DNA of 64,000 nucleotides, taken from NCBI GenBank assembly GCA_965116405.1, contig OZ220685.1, forward strand, positions 1,875,492-1,939,491, in the 5' to 3' direction. Below, in pieces: positions 30,720 to 39,584 of this stretch; position 1 is the stretch's first letter; the number at the start of each line of letters is the position of its first letter. Origin of the DNA: Dehalococcoidia bacterium. GTDB taxonomy: Bacteria; Chloroflexota; Dehalococcoidia; Lucifugimonadales; UBA1123. A program made the translations under genes and the position numbers. The notes beneath the pieces were generated by a model. That model was not told where the DNA came from. It saw nothing but the letters and a program-made list of their open reading frames with translations, and did no database searches.

Positions 30720-31646
30720 ATGAGAATAGGACTATTCATCGGAACGATGGGCGCTGCCTCCACCCTGCAGGGACAGGTGCAGCAGTCCGCTGAGGCAGAG
30801 GCCGACGGATTCGAGAGCTTCTGGACGGCTCAGGTCGCCGGTATAGACGCGCTGACCCTGCTCGCGCTCTCCGGCGGCGTTACGCAGTCCATAGAGATGG
30901 GCACCGCCGTAGTGCCGACCTACCCGCGTCACCCGATGGCGCTCGCCCAGCAGGCGCTCACAACACAGGCCGCCGCCGGAGGGAGGCTCCTTCTGGGCAT
31001 CGGGCTTTCACACAGGCCGGTCGTCGAGGACCGCTGGGGCATGTCCTTCCACGCCCCCGCCGGGCACATGGACGAGTACCTGACCATTCTCCAGTCGCTC
31101 ATGTCGACGGGCAGCGTGGACTTCCAGGGCGAGCACTACAGCGCGTCAGGCGAGATAGCGCGAATGATCGATACTCCCCCTTCGGTGTGCATCGCCGCTC
31201 TGGCCCCCAGGATGCTTCGCATGGCCGGCTCGCGTGCCGACGGCACCATAACGTGGATGGTCGGACCGCGCACGCTCGACACCCACATCGTGCCCAGGAT
31301 CAGCTCCGCCGCAGAGGAAGCAGGACGACCTGCCCCACGCGTCTGCGTAGGACTCCCCATCGCTGTCACCGACGACAGCCAGGCCGGATTCGAGGCAGCC
31401 GCTGGGCACTTCCAGCGCTACGGCACGCTGCCCAGCTATCGCCGGATGCTGGACATCGAGGGCGTAGAAAGCCCGGCTGAGGTCGCGATCATCGGCAACG
31501 AGGCTGAGGTCGAAGAGCGGCTGAAGGCCCTCTCGTCCGCTGGTGCGACCGAATTCCTAGCTTCTATCTTCCCTGTCGGCGACGATGAGGATGCGTCTGT
31601 CGCCCGAACGCGGGAGCTTCTGAAGTCGCTCGTGGGTCGGGTGTGA
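30720..31646 (+). CDS. luciferase-like (LLM class) oxidoreductase, probably F420-dependent
   Basis: MRIGLFIG ... AEADGFESFWTAQ ... a TIM-barrel LLM-like sequence throughout. Confidence 0.82.
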   Translation: MRIGLFIGTMGAASTLQGQVQQSAEAEADGFESFWTAQVAGIDALTLLALSGGVTQSIEMGTAVVPTYPRHPMALAQQALTTQAAAGGRLLLGIGLSHRPVVEDRWGMSFHAPAGHMDEYLTILQSLMSTGSVDFQGEHYSASGEIARMIDTPPSVCIAALAPRMLRMAGSRADGTITWMVGPRTLDTHIVPRISSAAEEAGRPAPRVCVGLPIAVTDDSQAGFEAAAGHFQRYGTLPSYRRMLDIEGVESPAEVAIIGNEAEVEERLKALSSAGATEFLASIFPVGDDEDASVARTRELLKSLVGRV

Positions 31647-31654
31647 CCGCGAAC

Positions 31655-31706
31655 CGTCACTCCGGCGAAGAGCCTGCCCCGGACGTGATCCGGGGCCGGA
31701 GTCCAG
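31655..31706. repeat. nested hairpin repeat (variant of module A)
   Basis: CGTCACTCCGGC...GCCGGAGTCC encloses CCCCGGA-CGTGA-TCCGGGG. Intergenic between the LLM and nnr genes. Confidence 0.65.
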
Positions 31707-31729
31707 CAGGGTAGCCCGGGAGGATCTGT

Positions 31730-33280
31730 TTGAAGGTAGTCACCGCCGCCGAGATGCGGGCCATCGAGGACCTCTCCGAGGAGGCTGGTGTCTCGACGGA
31801 CACCCTCATGGAGAACGCGGGCCTCGCCGTTGCCCGTACCGCGCGGCGCATGGTCGGCTCGCTAACCGGCGCACCTGTTGTCGTACTTGTCGGATCCGGC
31901 AACAACGGCGCTGACGGTCTCGTTGCCGCCCGCCACATCCGTCGCTGGGGAGCTAGTGTCACCGCGTACATCTGCCGCGAGCGGGCTACGCCAGACCCCA
32001 AGCTGGAAGACGCCCTTCGCGACGGCGTAGAAGTCGTCGCCGTCTCTGAAGACCCGGGGCTCGATCGCCTGCGATGCCTGCTCACTTCCGCGCACGTCGT
32101 TATCGACGCCATGCTGGGCACCGGCAGGGCGAGACCAATCCAGGGTCTGTTCAAGGACATACTGGATAACCTGAATGTTGCACGTAGGGGCGGTTCGCGA
32201 ACCGCCCTTCTGATCGCTCTCGATCTCCCCACAGGCCTGAACTGCGATACCGCAGAGGTCGACCCTGCATGTGTAGAACCGGACGTCACAGTGGCGCTTG
32301 GCTACCCGAAGCGAGGCCACCTGAGCTTCCCAGGCGCAGACTTCGTTGGCAGCCTGGAGGTCGCCGACATCGGCATCCCTCACGGTCTCGACGACAACGT
32401 GCTGGTCAGCATGCTGACCTCCGAGTGGGCACGAAGCGCTATCCCCGAGCGCCCGGGCGACTCCCACAAGGGCACTTTCGGCCGGACGATGATCGTCGCC
32501 GGGTCGCGCCAATTCCTGGGAGCAGCCTACCTGGCCGCTGCGTCCGCTGCGCGAGTCGGTGCTGGCCTGGTCACGATTGCGATCCCAGCCACCCTGGTCT
32601 CATCAGTCGCTCCCACGGCCATCGAGCCCACATTCCTCCCACTGTCGGAGTCCAGCTCTGGAGTGGTGTCCCCCGATGCTGCCGAAGAGGTCCTTGAGGC
32701 CGTGAGCGGGTACAGTTCTCTCCTGGTCGGATGCGGCCTCGGGCAGGCGGATGAGACGCGAACGATGGTAGAGCGCCTGCTTCTCTCCGGGGCCGATCTG
32801 CCGGATACGATAGTCGATGCCGATGGACTGAACACGCTGGCACGAGTTCCAGGCTGGCATCAACGCTGGCCCGTCAACGCCATCCTCACGCCCCATCCCG
32901 GTGAGATGGCGCGACTTGTGGCGGGCTCGAACCTGCATGGCGACGCGGACCGCCTTGAGCTGGCGGTGGCAGGCGCGCGAGAGTGGAACAAGACGGTCGT
33001 CCTGAAAGGCGCGTACACTGTCGTCGCCCACGCTGACGGCACGTCGGGGATCGCACCGTTCTCCAACCCCGGTCTCGCCACAGCGGGGACAGGGGACGTA
33101 CTCGCCGGTGCGATAGCCGGGCTGATGTCGCAGGGGCTGGAACCCGAGACCGCCGCTTCTCTCGGAGTGTACCTGCACGGGCTGGCAGGAGACTCAGTCC
33201 GGGATCGGCTGGGAGACACCGGAATGGTCGCCAGCGACCTGCTCCCAGAGTTGCCGGTTACGATAAAGGACCTTAGGTAG
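31730..33280 (+). CDS. nnr: bifunctional NAD(P)H-hydrate repair enzyme (epimerase + ADP-dependent dehydratase)
   Basis: N-terminal YjeF_N (GSGNNGADG) and C-terminal carbohydrate-kinase-like domain (GTGDVLAG). Confidence 0.9.
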   Translation: MKVVTAAEMRAIEDLSEEAGVSTDTLMENAGLAVARTARRMVGSLTGAPVVVLVGSGNNGADGLVAARHIRRWGASVTAYICRERATPDPKLEDALRDGVEVVAVSEDPGLDRLRCLLTSAHVVIDAMLGTGRARPIQGLFKDILDNLNVARRGGSRTALLIALDLPTGLNCDTAEVDPACVEPDVTVALGYPKRGHLSFPGADFVGSLEVADIGIPHGLDDNVLVSMLTSEWARSAIPERPGDSHKGTFGRTMIVAGSRQFLGAAYLAAASAARVGAGLVTIAIPATLVSSVAPTAIEPTFLPLSESSSGVVSPDAAEEVLEAVSGYSSLLVGCGLGQADETRTMVERLLLSGADLPDTIVDADGLNTLARVPGWHQRWPVNAILTPHPGEMARLVAGSNLHGDADRLELAVAGAREWNKTVVLKGAYTVVAHADGTSGIAPFSNPGLATAGTGDVLAGAIAGLMSQGLEPETAASLGVYLHGLAGDSVRDRLGDTGMVASDLLPELPVTIKDLR

Positions 33281-33289
33281 GGGCGGACG

Positions 33290-34009
33290 TTGGCACAGCT
33301 ACGCGGCCCGGAACGCGCCCGCTACGTCACCAGCATGTTCGCCCGCATCTCGCGGCGATACGATCTCCTCAACTCGGTCATGTCCGGCGGACGCCACCAC
33401 GCCTGGCGGCGCAGGGCGACCGCGCTTGCTGTCGAGGGACTGTCCGGCATGGCGCTGGACGTCGCGACCGGTACCGGCGACTTCGCGTTCGATCTCGCAC
33501 GTCGCCCAGAGGTCAGTTCCGTCGTCGGGCTTGATTTCACGCGAGACATGATGACCATCGGCGTGCAGAAGGGGATACGACAGGGCGTCGAGTCGTCGGT
33601 CTCGTTCACCGAGGGCGACGCGCACGAGTTGCCGTTCGCGGACGACAGCTTCATGTGCGCGACTGTCGGATTCGGCATCCGCAACTTCATCGACGTTCCC
33701 AAGGCGCTGCGCGAGATGGCCCGCGTGGTCGTCCCCGGCGGCAGAGTCGTCTCCCTGGAGATCGTGCGGCAGGACGGCAGAGATCCCATTAGCGCAATGG
33801 CGCGACTGCACTTCAGGTACGCCACCCCCTGGCTAGGCGCATTGCTCGCAGGAGACCGCGAAGCCTACACGTACCTCCCGCAGTCGGCGCAGGGGTTCAT
33901 GTCCGCTGACGAACTGACCGATGCAATGACCGGCGCCGGGCTGCGGGTTACGCAATGCGTGAAGCTCGCTCTCGGCACTGTCGCCATTCACGTCGGTGAA
34001 AAGTGCTAG
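33290..34009 (+). CDS. ubiE: demethylmenaquinone/ubiquinone C-methyltransferase (UbiE/MenG family)
   Basis: FARISRRYDLLNSVMSGGRHHAWRR and the SAM motif LDVATGTGD. Confidence 0.85.
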   Translation: MAQLRGPERARYVTSMFARISRRYDLLNSVMSGGRHHAWRRRATALAVEGLSGMALDVATGTGDFAFDLARRPEVSSVVGLDFTRDMMTIGVQKGIRQGVESSVSFTEGDAHELPFADDSFMCATVGFGIRNFIDVPKALREMARVVVPGGRVVSLEIVRQDGRDPISAMARLHFRYATPWLGALLAGDREAYTYLPQSAQGFMSADELTDAMTGAGLRVTQCVKLALGTVAIHVGEKC

Positions 34010-34043
34010 GATATACGCGCCACATCATCAGGAGACTCATTCA

Positions 34044-34286
34044 ATGACCACACAGGTAGATCCAGGACTTCAGAGCGTACTCGACAACATCCAGGTGATC
34101 GCAGCCTCAGAGGGCGGGTCGATCCAGTTCATCGAGTCGCGTGGCGGCAAGCTCACGATCGAGTACACCCCCGGCGTCAACGAAGAGTGCCCCGAGTGCG
34201 TCCCCACGCACGACCTGATCGAGATGATGGTCAAGTCCTCCGCAGGCATCCTAGCCCCCTACATCACCGAGGTCGAGGTCAGGTAG
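34044..34286 (+). CDS. small NifU-like (CxxC) protein
   Basis: ATG at 34044 preceded by AGGAG. LQSVLDNIQVIAASEGGSIQFIE ... ECPECVP resembles the Nfu/NifU C-terminal domain. Confidence 0.6.
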   Translation: MTTQVDPGLQSVLDNIQVIAASEGGSIQFIESRGGKLTIEYTPGVNEECPECVPTHDLIEMMVKSSAGILAPYITEVEVR

Positions 34287-34311
34287 CAACACCCCGCTGG
34301 GAGTTTCCGGC

Positions 34312-35070
34312 CTACCTGCTCTCGACACTCCGTCTGGACAGGTCCTTCTCGATCACGCCAACGTACTGGGTACCTTCCGGTTCGATGAACTCTCGAACTG
34401 CCCATCCCGTCCCGGCGACGACCTCTCGCATCTCTTCTCTCGACACGAATAACCAGTCGAACCACGGTCCTTTCAGATTGCGGTAGCGTTCGCGATGGCG
34501 GAACTGCCCGCTCATCTTGCCTCGCGCACGGTTTCTTGCCATGTATGTAAGTTGGACAGGGTCGCTGGTTTTGTACGGGTCGGTAGTCTCCGCCAGGATG
34601 CGTCCTCGCGCTGTTGTCATGCGGTAGAGACGCCGCAGTAGGCACCGCGCCCGCTTCCGATTTCCGACCAGCCCGAAGTTGTTACCGGTCATCACGATGG
34701 TGTCGAATATGCCAAGTCGGTTGGCGCTGACTTGGGAAACAGGGAGAATCCTGGCGTCTTTAAGTCCGCGCTCTTGACACACTCGTATGGCCAGAGGTGA
34801 GTGGTCGACTCCAACAACGTCCACACCGTTCTGTTGCAGGTGGAGCGTTACTCGGCCCGCGCCACATCCAATGTCGAGCGTCCTGCTGCGAACGTAATCT
34901 ACAGACTTCTGAACGTGCGGGTACCACTCTTCGTACGGCGCGAAATACCAGCGAGGGTGATCGTAGACCTGGACGTAACCGTCGTCCCGCTCGCCAACCT
35001 CACGGAAGTTGTCTGGGATAAGGCCACGATGCTGGTCGTAGAGCTGCTGCCCGAATACGTCGAGAGACAA
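34312..35070 (-). CDS. class I SAM-dependent methyltransferase
   Basis: SAM-binding motif LDIGCGAGR and a Rossmann-like continuation. Confidence 0.8.
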   Translation of the reverse strand: MSLDVFGQQLYDQHRGLIPDNFREVGERDDGYVQVYDHPRWYFAPYEEWYPHVQKSVDYVRSRTLDIGCGAGRVTLHLQQNGVDVVGVDHSPLAIRVCQERGLKDARILPVSQVSANRLGIFDTIVMTGNNFGLVGNRKRARCLLRRLYRMTTARGRILAETTDPYKTSDPVQLTYMARNRARGKMSGQFRHRERYRNLKGPWFDWLFVSREEMREVVAGTGWAVREFIEPEGTQYVGVIEKDLSRRSVESR

Positions 35071-35306
35071 ACCCGTGCATCCTCAGCTTGCTTCAGTTCC
35101 AGAAAATTGAGAGCGGAGTCGGCGCTCAGGAGCAGGCACTACCGGCATAGCTCTTCGGTGATTTCGGAAAGCAAACATCAAGGGTGTCATCCGAGGCTGC
35201 CCACTCTGTTGAGATTCAATATTTCCCGCGTTCTCGCTTCGCGGTCCCACCCGTAGTGGATGTCATGTGCTTTAGCAGTAGCCGATGATTTCTGGACCGG
35301 TATCAC

Positions 35307-35624
35307 TCAAAGCCCCACAACTTCTGTCACAGTCCTCGGCTGCACCCGTGTCGCGATCCTCTCTCCTGCCTCGATCTCAGCTATACGCAGCTCGTATGTA
35401 CTCTGGAGATTTAGCCACAGTTGCGGTGTAGTGCCGAAGTATCGGGACAGACGTAGAGCGGTATCGGCGGTTATCCCGCGCTGCCCATTCAGGATTGCAG
35501 TGATCCGGTTTGTGGGAACGTCAAGCGCCCTCGCCAATGCGTTTGCCGACATCTCAAGCTCCTGGAGTTCTTCACCGAGAATCTCTCCTGGATGCACTGG
35601 CCGCATACCGCTTCTCAGACTCAT
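35307..35624 (-). CDS. higA: HigA-type antitoxin (XRE-family HTH)
   Basis: ATG at 35624 with AAGGAG 7 nt upstream. MRPVHPGEILGEELQELEMSANALARALDVPTNRITAILNGQRGIT. Confidence 0.85.
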   Translation of the reverse strand: MSLRSGMRPVHPGEILGEELQELEMSANALARALDVPTNRITAILNGQRGITADTALRLSRYFGTTPQLWLNLQSTYELRIAEIEAGERIATRVQPRTVTEVVGL

Positions 35625-35635
35625 CACAGGTCTCC

Positions 35636-35917
35636 TTATCGATGGTAGTCCACTATCTCGACGTCGTGAGGCCCATCGTCTTCCCAGCGAAAACAGACAC
35701 GCCACTGTCTGTTGATGCGAATGCTGTATTGCCCGCTTCTGTCTCCTGAGAGCGATTCCAGCCTATTGCTGGGCAGCCCTGCCAGGTCGTGAAGAGCGGC
35801 AGCATTGTCCAATATGGTTAATCTACGCGTCGCCTGGTCTGCAAAGCTCTGGTAGGCACGTACCGGGTGACCTTCGAAGAATCGTTGCGCTCTCCGATCC
35901 TTGAAACTTCTAATCAT
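35636..35917 (-). CDS. higB: HigB-type toxin (RelE/ParE superfamily killer protein)
   Basis: MIRSFKDRRAQRFF ... QYSIRINRQWRVCFRWEDDGPHDVEIVDYH. Confidence 0.85.
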   Translation of the reverse strand: MIRSFKDRRAQRFFEGHPVRAYQSFADQATRRLTILDNAAALHDLAGLPSNRLESLSGDRSGQYSIRINRQWRVCFRWEDDGPHDVEIVDYHR

Positions 35918-36036
35918 TATGACTTACGTAACAGGTAACATACTTACTGTACTACGCATTAGTCAGGTTATGCAATCAGACAGTTCCAGTGGAGACAGTA
36001 TCGGCTGGGCTGGAGGTAAGTCTGTTAGTCCTATAC

Positions 36037-37203
36037 CTACACGAGTTCCAAATACTTCAGCCCCGAGCCGGTGTTCAGCAGCAGGATTCGCTGATCGGCC
36101 CCTAGCTGCTCCGCCGCCAGCAGCTTCTCCAGCGCGGCGGCCGTAGCCGCGCCCTCGGGACAGATGAACATCCCCTCCAGCCGTGCGACCTTTGCCATGT
36201 AGTCGCGGATCTCGTCGTCGCTGACCGTTAGTGCTCCGCCGCTGCTCTCTCGGACGGCTCCCAGGATCAGGTAGTCACCGATCGCCGACGGCACCCGGAT
36301 GCCCGCCGCGACAGTATCCGCGTCCTGCCAGGGCTCGGCGAACTCGGTGCCCTGCTCGAATGCCCGCACAATTGGAGCGCAGCCCTCTGACTGCACAGCG
36401 AACATCCTCGGCCGCTCGCTGCCGATCCAGCCCATCGCCTCCATCTCGTCGAACGCCTTCCACATACCGACGATGCCTGTGCCCCCGCCTGTTGGGTAGA
36501 TGATCGCGTCCGGCAGCGTCCATCCTAGCTGCTCCGCGATCTCGTAGCCCATCGTCTTCTTACCCTCCACCCTGTAGGGCTCCTGGAGAGTGGAGATATC
36601 GAACAGGCCCTCTTCAGCGGCGCGCTCGCGGCTCATGACACCGGCGTCGCTTATCAGCCCGTCGATCAGGGTGAGCTCACCGCCCGTGATGACCACCTCT
36701 TTCTGGTTCGCCTCGGGCGCGTCCTTCGGCATGACCACGTACGAGTCGATACCGCCCTTCGCCGCGTACGACGTCATCGCGCCTGCCGCGTTACCTGCCG
36801 ATGGCATCGTGATCTTGGTGATACCAAGTTCCTTGGCCTTCGAGACGGCCGCAGACAGCCCTCGCGCCTTGAACGATGCCGTCGGGTTGACGCCCTCGTC
36901 CTTGATGAGCAGGTCCGAACATCCCATCTCAGGGCCAAGTCTCTCTGCCTGGAAGATCGGAGTGAACCCCTCGCCGAGCGTGATCACGTTGGCCTTGTCC
37001 CGTATCGGCATCACCTCGAAGTAGCGCCACATGTTCGCCGGACGTTCCTTGAGCATCTCGCGGTCCAGCGCCGCAGCCGCTCCTTCAAGGTCGTATCGCG
37101 GGTACAGCACCTTGCCGCATTCGGCGCACAGTCGCTGTGGCTCGTCAGCCGAGAACTCGGCGTCGCAGTAGGTGCATTCGAGGTTAATCAGGTAGCTTTT
37201 CAT
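36037..37203 (-). CDS. thrC: threonine synthase (PLP-dependent, N-terminal Cys-rich ribbon)
   Basis: CTYCDAEF...CAECG at the N-terminus, with the PLP lysine context (TASFKARG). Confidence 0.82.
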   Translation of the reverse strand: MKSYLINLECTYCDAEFSADEPQRLCAECGKVLYPRYDLEGAAAALDREMLKERPANMWRYFEVMPIRDKANVITLGEGFTPIFQAERLGPEMGCSDLLIKDEGVNPTASFKARGLSAAVSKAKELGITKITMPSAGNAAGAMTSYAAKGGIDSYVVMPKDAPEANQKEVVITGGELTLIDGLISDAGVMSRERAAEEGLFDISTLQEPYRVEGKKTMGYEIAEQLGWTLPDAIIYPTGGGTGIVGMWKAFDEMEAMGWIGSERPRMFAVQSEGCAPIVRAFEQGTEFAEPWQDADTVAAGIRVPSAIGDYLILGAVRESSGGALTVSDDEIRDYMAKVARLEGMFICPEGAATAAALEKLLAAEQLGADQRILLLNTGSGLKYLELV

Positions 37204-37221
37204 GGATTCTTACCAGTCCTG

Positions 37222-37614
37222 TTATTCGTTGTCAGCGGAGGTTGGCCAGTGGTCGGGTACAGGGTACGCCTCGTCCATGCCGGGCCATGCCGGTGTCGTG
37301 ACGATCACGAAGCACAGATCCTCATTGCCAGTGTTTTTGAATTGGAAGCGACTTCCGGTGTCGATGGTCAGTGCGACTCCGGCGAACACGTCCACAACCG
37401 ACTCGCTGCCCTCGTTCGCCCGCCAGACCTGTCCGTGCCCTGAGATGAAGAACCAGGCCTCTTCAACCGTCCTGTGCGCAACTGCCTTGGAGACCGCCCC
37501 GGGTTCCAGTGTGCAGTGGACCATGCTGGAACGACTGGTCTGTACCAGCTCGCGGATCTGGGAGCCGTCCGGCGCCACTACTATGTGGCTCTCCGGCAGC
37601 AGGGCAGTGCTCAC
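37222..37614 (-). CDS. cupin-domain protein (start uncertain: GTG 37614 or ATG 37653)
   Basis: HRTVEEAWFFISGHGQVW ... a cupin motif. GTG at 37614 forms a GTGA overlap with the stop of the upstream deacetylase-like gene. The track start at 37920 overlaps that gene by 300 nt and is unlikely. Confidence 0.65.
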   Translation of the reverse strand: MSTALLPESHIVVAPDGSQIRELVQTSRSSMVHCTLEPGAVSKAVAHRTVEEAWFFISGHGQVWRANEGSESVVDVFAGVALTIDTGSRFQFKNTGNEDLCFVIVTTPAWPGMDEAYPVPDHWPTSADNE

Positions 37615-38429
37615 TGCGACCCGCCTTGCGGCGGATACTTCTCCAGCCACCATCGCGCGATCTCGGTTCGTCGCGCGAACCACACGCCCGGGTACCTGTT
37701 CGCGTACTGTAGAAAGTCCCTCAGCGCTATGGCGCGGGACGGCCTGCCGACAATCCGGCAGTGCAGCCCGATGTTCATCATCTTCGGAGACTGATCTCCC
37801 TCTTCGTAGAGCAGGTCGAACGTGTTCTTCAGTGTCTCGTAGAAGTCGGAAGGGCTGTTCATGCCGCCACGCCAGAAGCGCGTGTCGTTGACCTCGAGCG
37901 AGTACGGCACGACCAGCCACGGCTTCCCGTGTACTTCGACGTAGTATGGGATTTCGTCCGCGTACGAGTTCGAGTCGTACAGGAACCCGCCCTCTTCGAC
38001 GACGAGCTCGCGCGTGTTCAGGCTGGGGCCGTACCGCGTGTACCAGCCGAGGGGCCGCACGCCCGTCGTCCGCTCGATCGACTCGACCGCCTTACGGATC
38101 GCCTCGCGCTCGGCGTCGCGGTCCATCCGGTAGTACTCCTCCCAGCGGAAGCCGTGCCCGAATACTTCGTGGCCCTGTTCGACGATGGCGGGACCGACCT
38201 CGGGGTTGCGCTCCAGAGCAAGGGCGCAGCAGTAGAAGGTGGCCGGCGTATCGAATCGCTTCAGGAGCCTTAGCACACGCCACACGCCGACCCGGCTGCC
38301 GTATTCGAAGAACGATTCGTTCGCCAGGTCGCGCTCGTCCAGGGGAAGCGGGGACGGCACCTCGCTGTTGGTCTCTCGATGTGCGTCGCCGTCGAGGAGC
38401 GAGTACTCGGAACCCTCCTCGTAGTTCAC
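37611..38429 (-). CDS. PuuE-like allantoinase / polysaccharide deacetylase family protein (canonical ORF is N-terminally short, see findings)
   Basis: NYEEGSE ... FEYGSRVGVWRVLRL ... PLGWYTRYGPSLNTRELV ... MNIGLHCRIVGRP match my memory of Pseudomonas PuuE. Confidence 0.8.
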   Translation of the reverse strand: MNYEEGSEYSLLDGDAHRETNSEVPSPLPLDERDLANESFFEYGSRVGVWRVLRLLKRFDTPATFYCCALALERNPEVGPAIVEQGHEVFGHGFRWEEYYRMDRDAEREAIRKAVESIERTTGVRPLGWYTRYGPSLNTRELVVEEGGFLYDSNSYADEIPYYVEVHGKPWLVVPYSLEVNDTRFWRGGMNSPSDFYETLKNTFDLLYEEGDQSPKMMNIGLHCRIVGRPSRAIALRDFLQYANRYPGVWFARRTEIARWWLEKYPPQGGSQ

Positions 38430-38517
38430 GACCAGCGAGATGGCAATGCGTGCGCCGTTCGGCCACTCGACTCGGGGAGGGTGCTGGCCGTAGCCGACGA
38501 AGTCTCTGGGAGTGTCG

Positions 38518-39447
38518 CTAGCTGGTGGAGTCGTCGTCTGAGTCGTCCTCTTCTGCCTGCCCGGTCACTTCTCGCAGGAACTGCTCGACACCGGGAGCCA
38601 GGTCCTGGGCTTCTTCGGCGTCCTCATCTTCTTCCTGCTGTCCGCCCTCGACCAGTACGCGGTCATAGTAGGACTCCAGCCTGCCGATCAGCGACCGTAC
38701 CTCTGGGTTGTTCTCGACTGCTCGGTTGACGTCTTCGTACTGTCGACGCCCACGCTCCCTGTCCGCGAGAGAGGCGGGAAGGTCGAACATGGCGGTCAGG
38801 ATCTCGACGATCCGTGCCGCGCCCATGTGGTCCTCGTCGAGCTGCATATACTGCGGCAGGTGCGCCATGAGGCTGGTAGTCGGGATCTCGCCCTGTGTCA
38901 CGAGGTCGGACACCATGTTGACGATGGAAGTAGGCCCCTGGTACGTGCTGCGCCTCTGAGACACCAGTCCGGTCGCCTTCGCCGCCTGATCGTCGTTCAT
39001 TGTGCCCGTTACCAGCAGAGGCCTGGTGTGAGGTACGGAGTCGTACATTCCACCGATTCGGCAGTACTCCTGGATGTCGAAATGCGATAGGACATCCGAG
39101 ATCGCGCGACAGTAGTCTTCTCCGAAAGCGTGCGGCTCCCGTATATGCAGGAACAGGTAGTCCCTGTCCGTGGCGTCGTCGTGTGCGTGGTGGATGATCG
39201 TGTTGGGAGTCGTGAAGACACGCTGTCCGTTGACGGTTCGCATCCGCGGTCGGTACCTCGTAAAGTCGAAGAACTTTCCGGGTTCGGCGAGCCTGCCCAA
39301 CTCCCGCGCCCCGAGGTGGCGCTGGAGTATGTTCAGGGCGAGCGTTCCGACCCTTCCCACGTCTATCCATGGCCTGAGCATGGCGATCGCAACTGGTCGC
39401 CGCAACTCCGGCACAGGGTCTCTGAGTTCGAATTCACCTATTCTCAT
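38518..39447 (-). CDS. PAC2-family (proteasome assembly chaperone 2-like) protein with acidic tail
   Basis: MRIGEFELRDPVPELRRPVAIAMLRPWIDVGRVGTLA..., with a C-terminal Glu/Asp-rich tail. Confidence 0.75.
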   Translation of the reverse strand: MRIGEFELRDPVPELRRPVAIAMLRPWIDVGRVGTLALNILQRHLGARELGRLAEPGKFFDFTRYRPRMRTVNGQRVFTTPNTIIHHAHDDATDRDYLFLHIREPHAFGEDYCRAISDVLSHFDIQEYCRIGGMYDSVPHTRPLLVTGTMNDDQAAKATGLVSQRRSTYQGPTSIVNMVSDLVTQGEIPTTSLMAHLPQYMQLDEDHMGAARIVEILTAMFDLPASLADRERGRRQYEDVNRAVENNPEVRSLIGRLESYYDRVLVEGGQQEEDEDAEEAQDLAPGVEQFLREVTGQAEEDDSDDDSTS

Positions 39448-39584
39448 GGACTTATCGTGCCAAAATCGAGTTCATTCCGCAAGTCCGTTCAGTTTCTTGA
39501 GACTGCCTAACGAGTAGGTCAGCCGGTCGGTCAGGTGCTATTCTCCAACGATTGGTTCAATGTGAGTAGGCACTTCCCCAAGTG

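Noticed and set aside
37222-37920. 232-aa version of the cupin ORF
   Set aside because: The first ~100 codons overlap the 3' end of the PuuE-like gene in another frame and are Arg-rich. The cupin motifs start after residue ~130, so a start at 37614 or 37653 is preferred.
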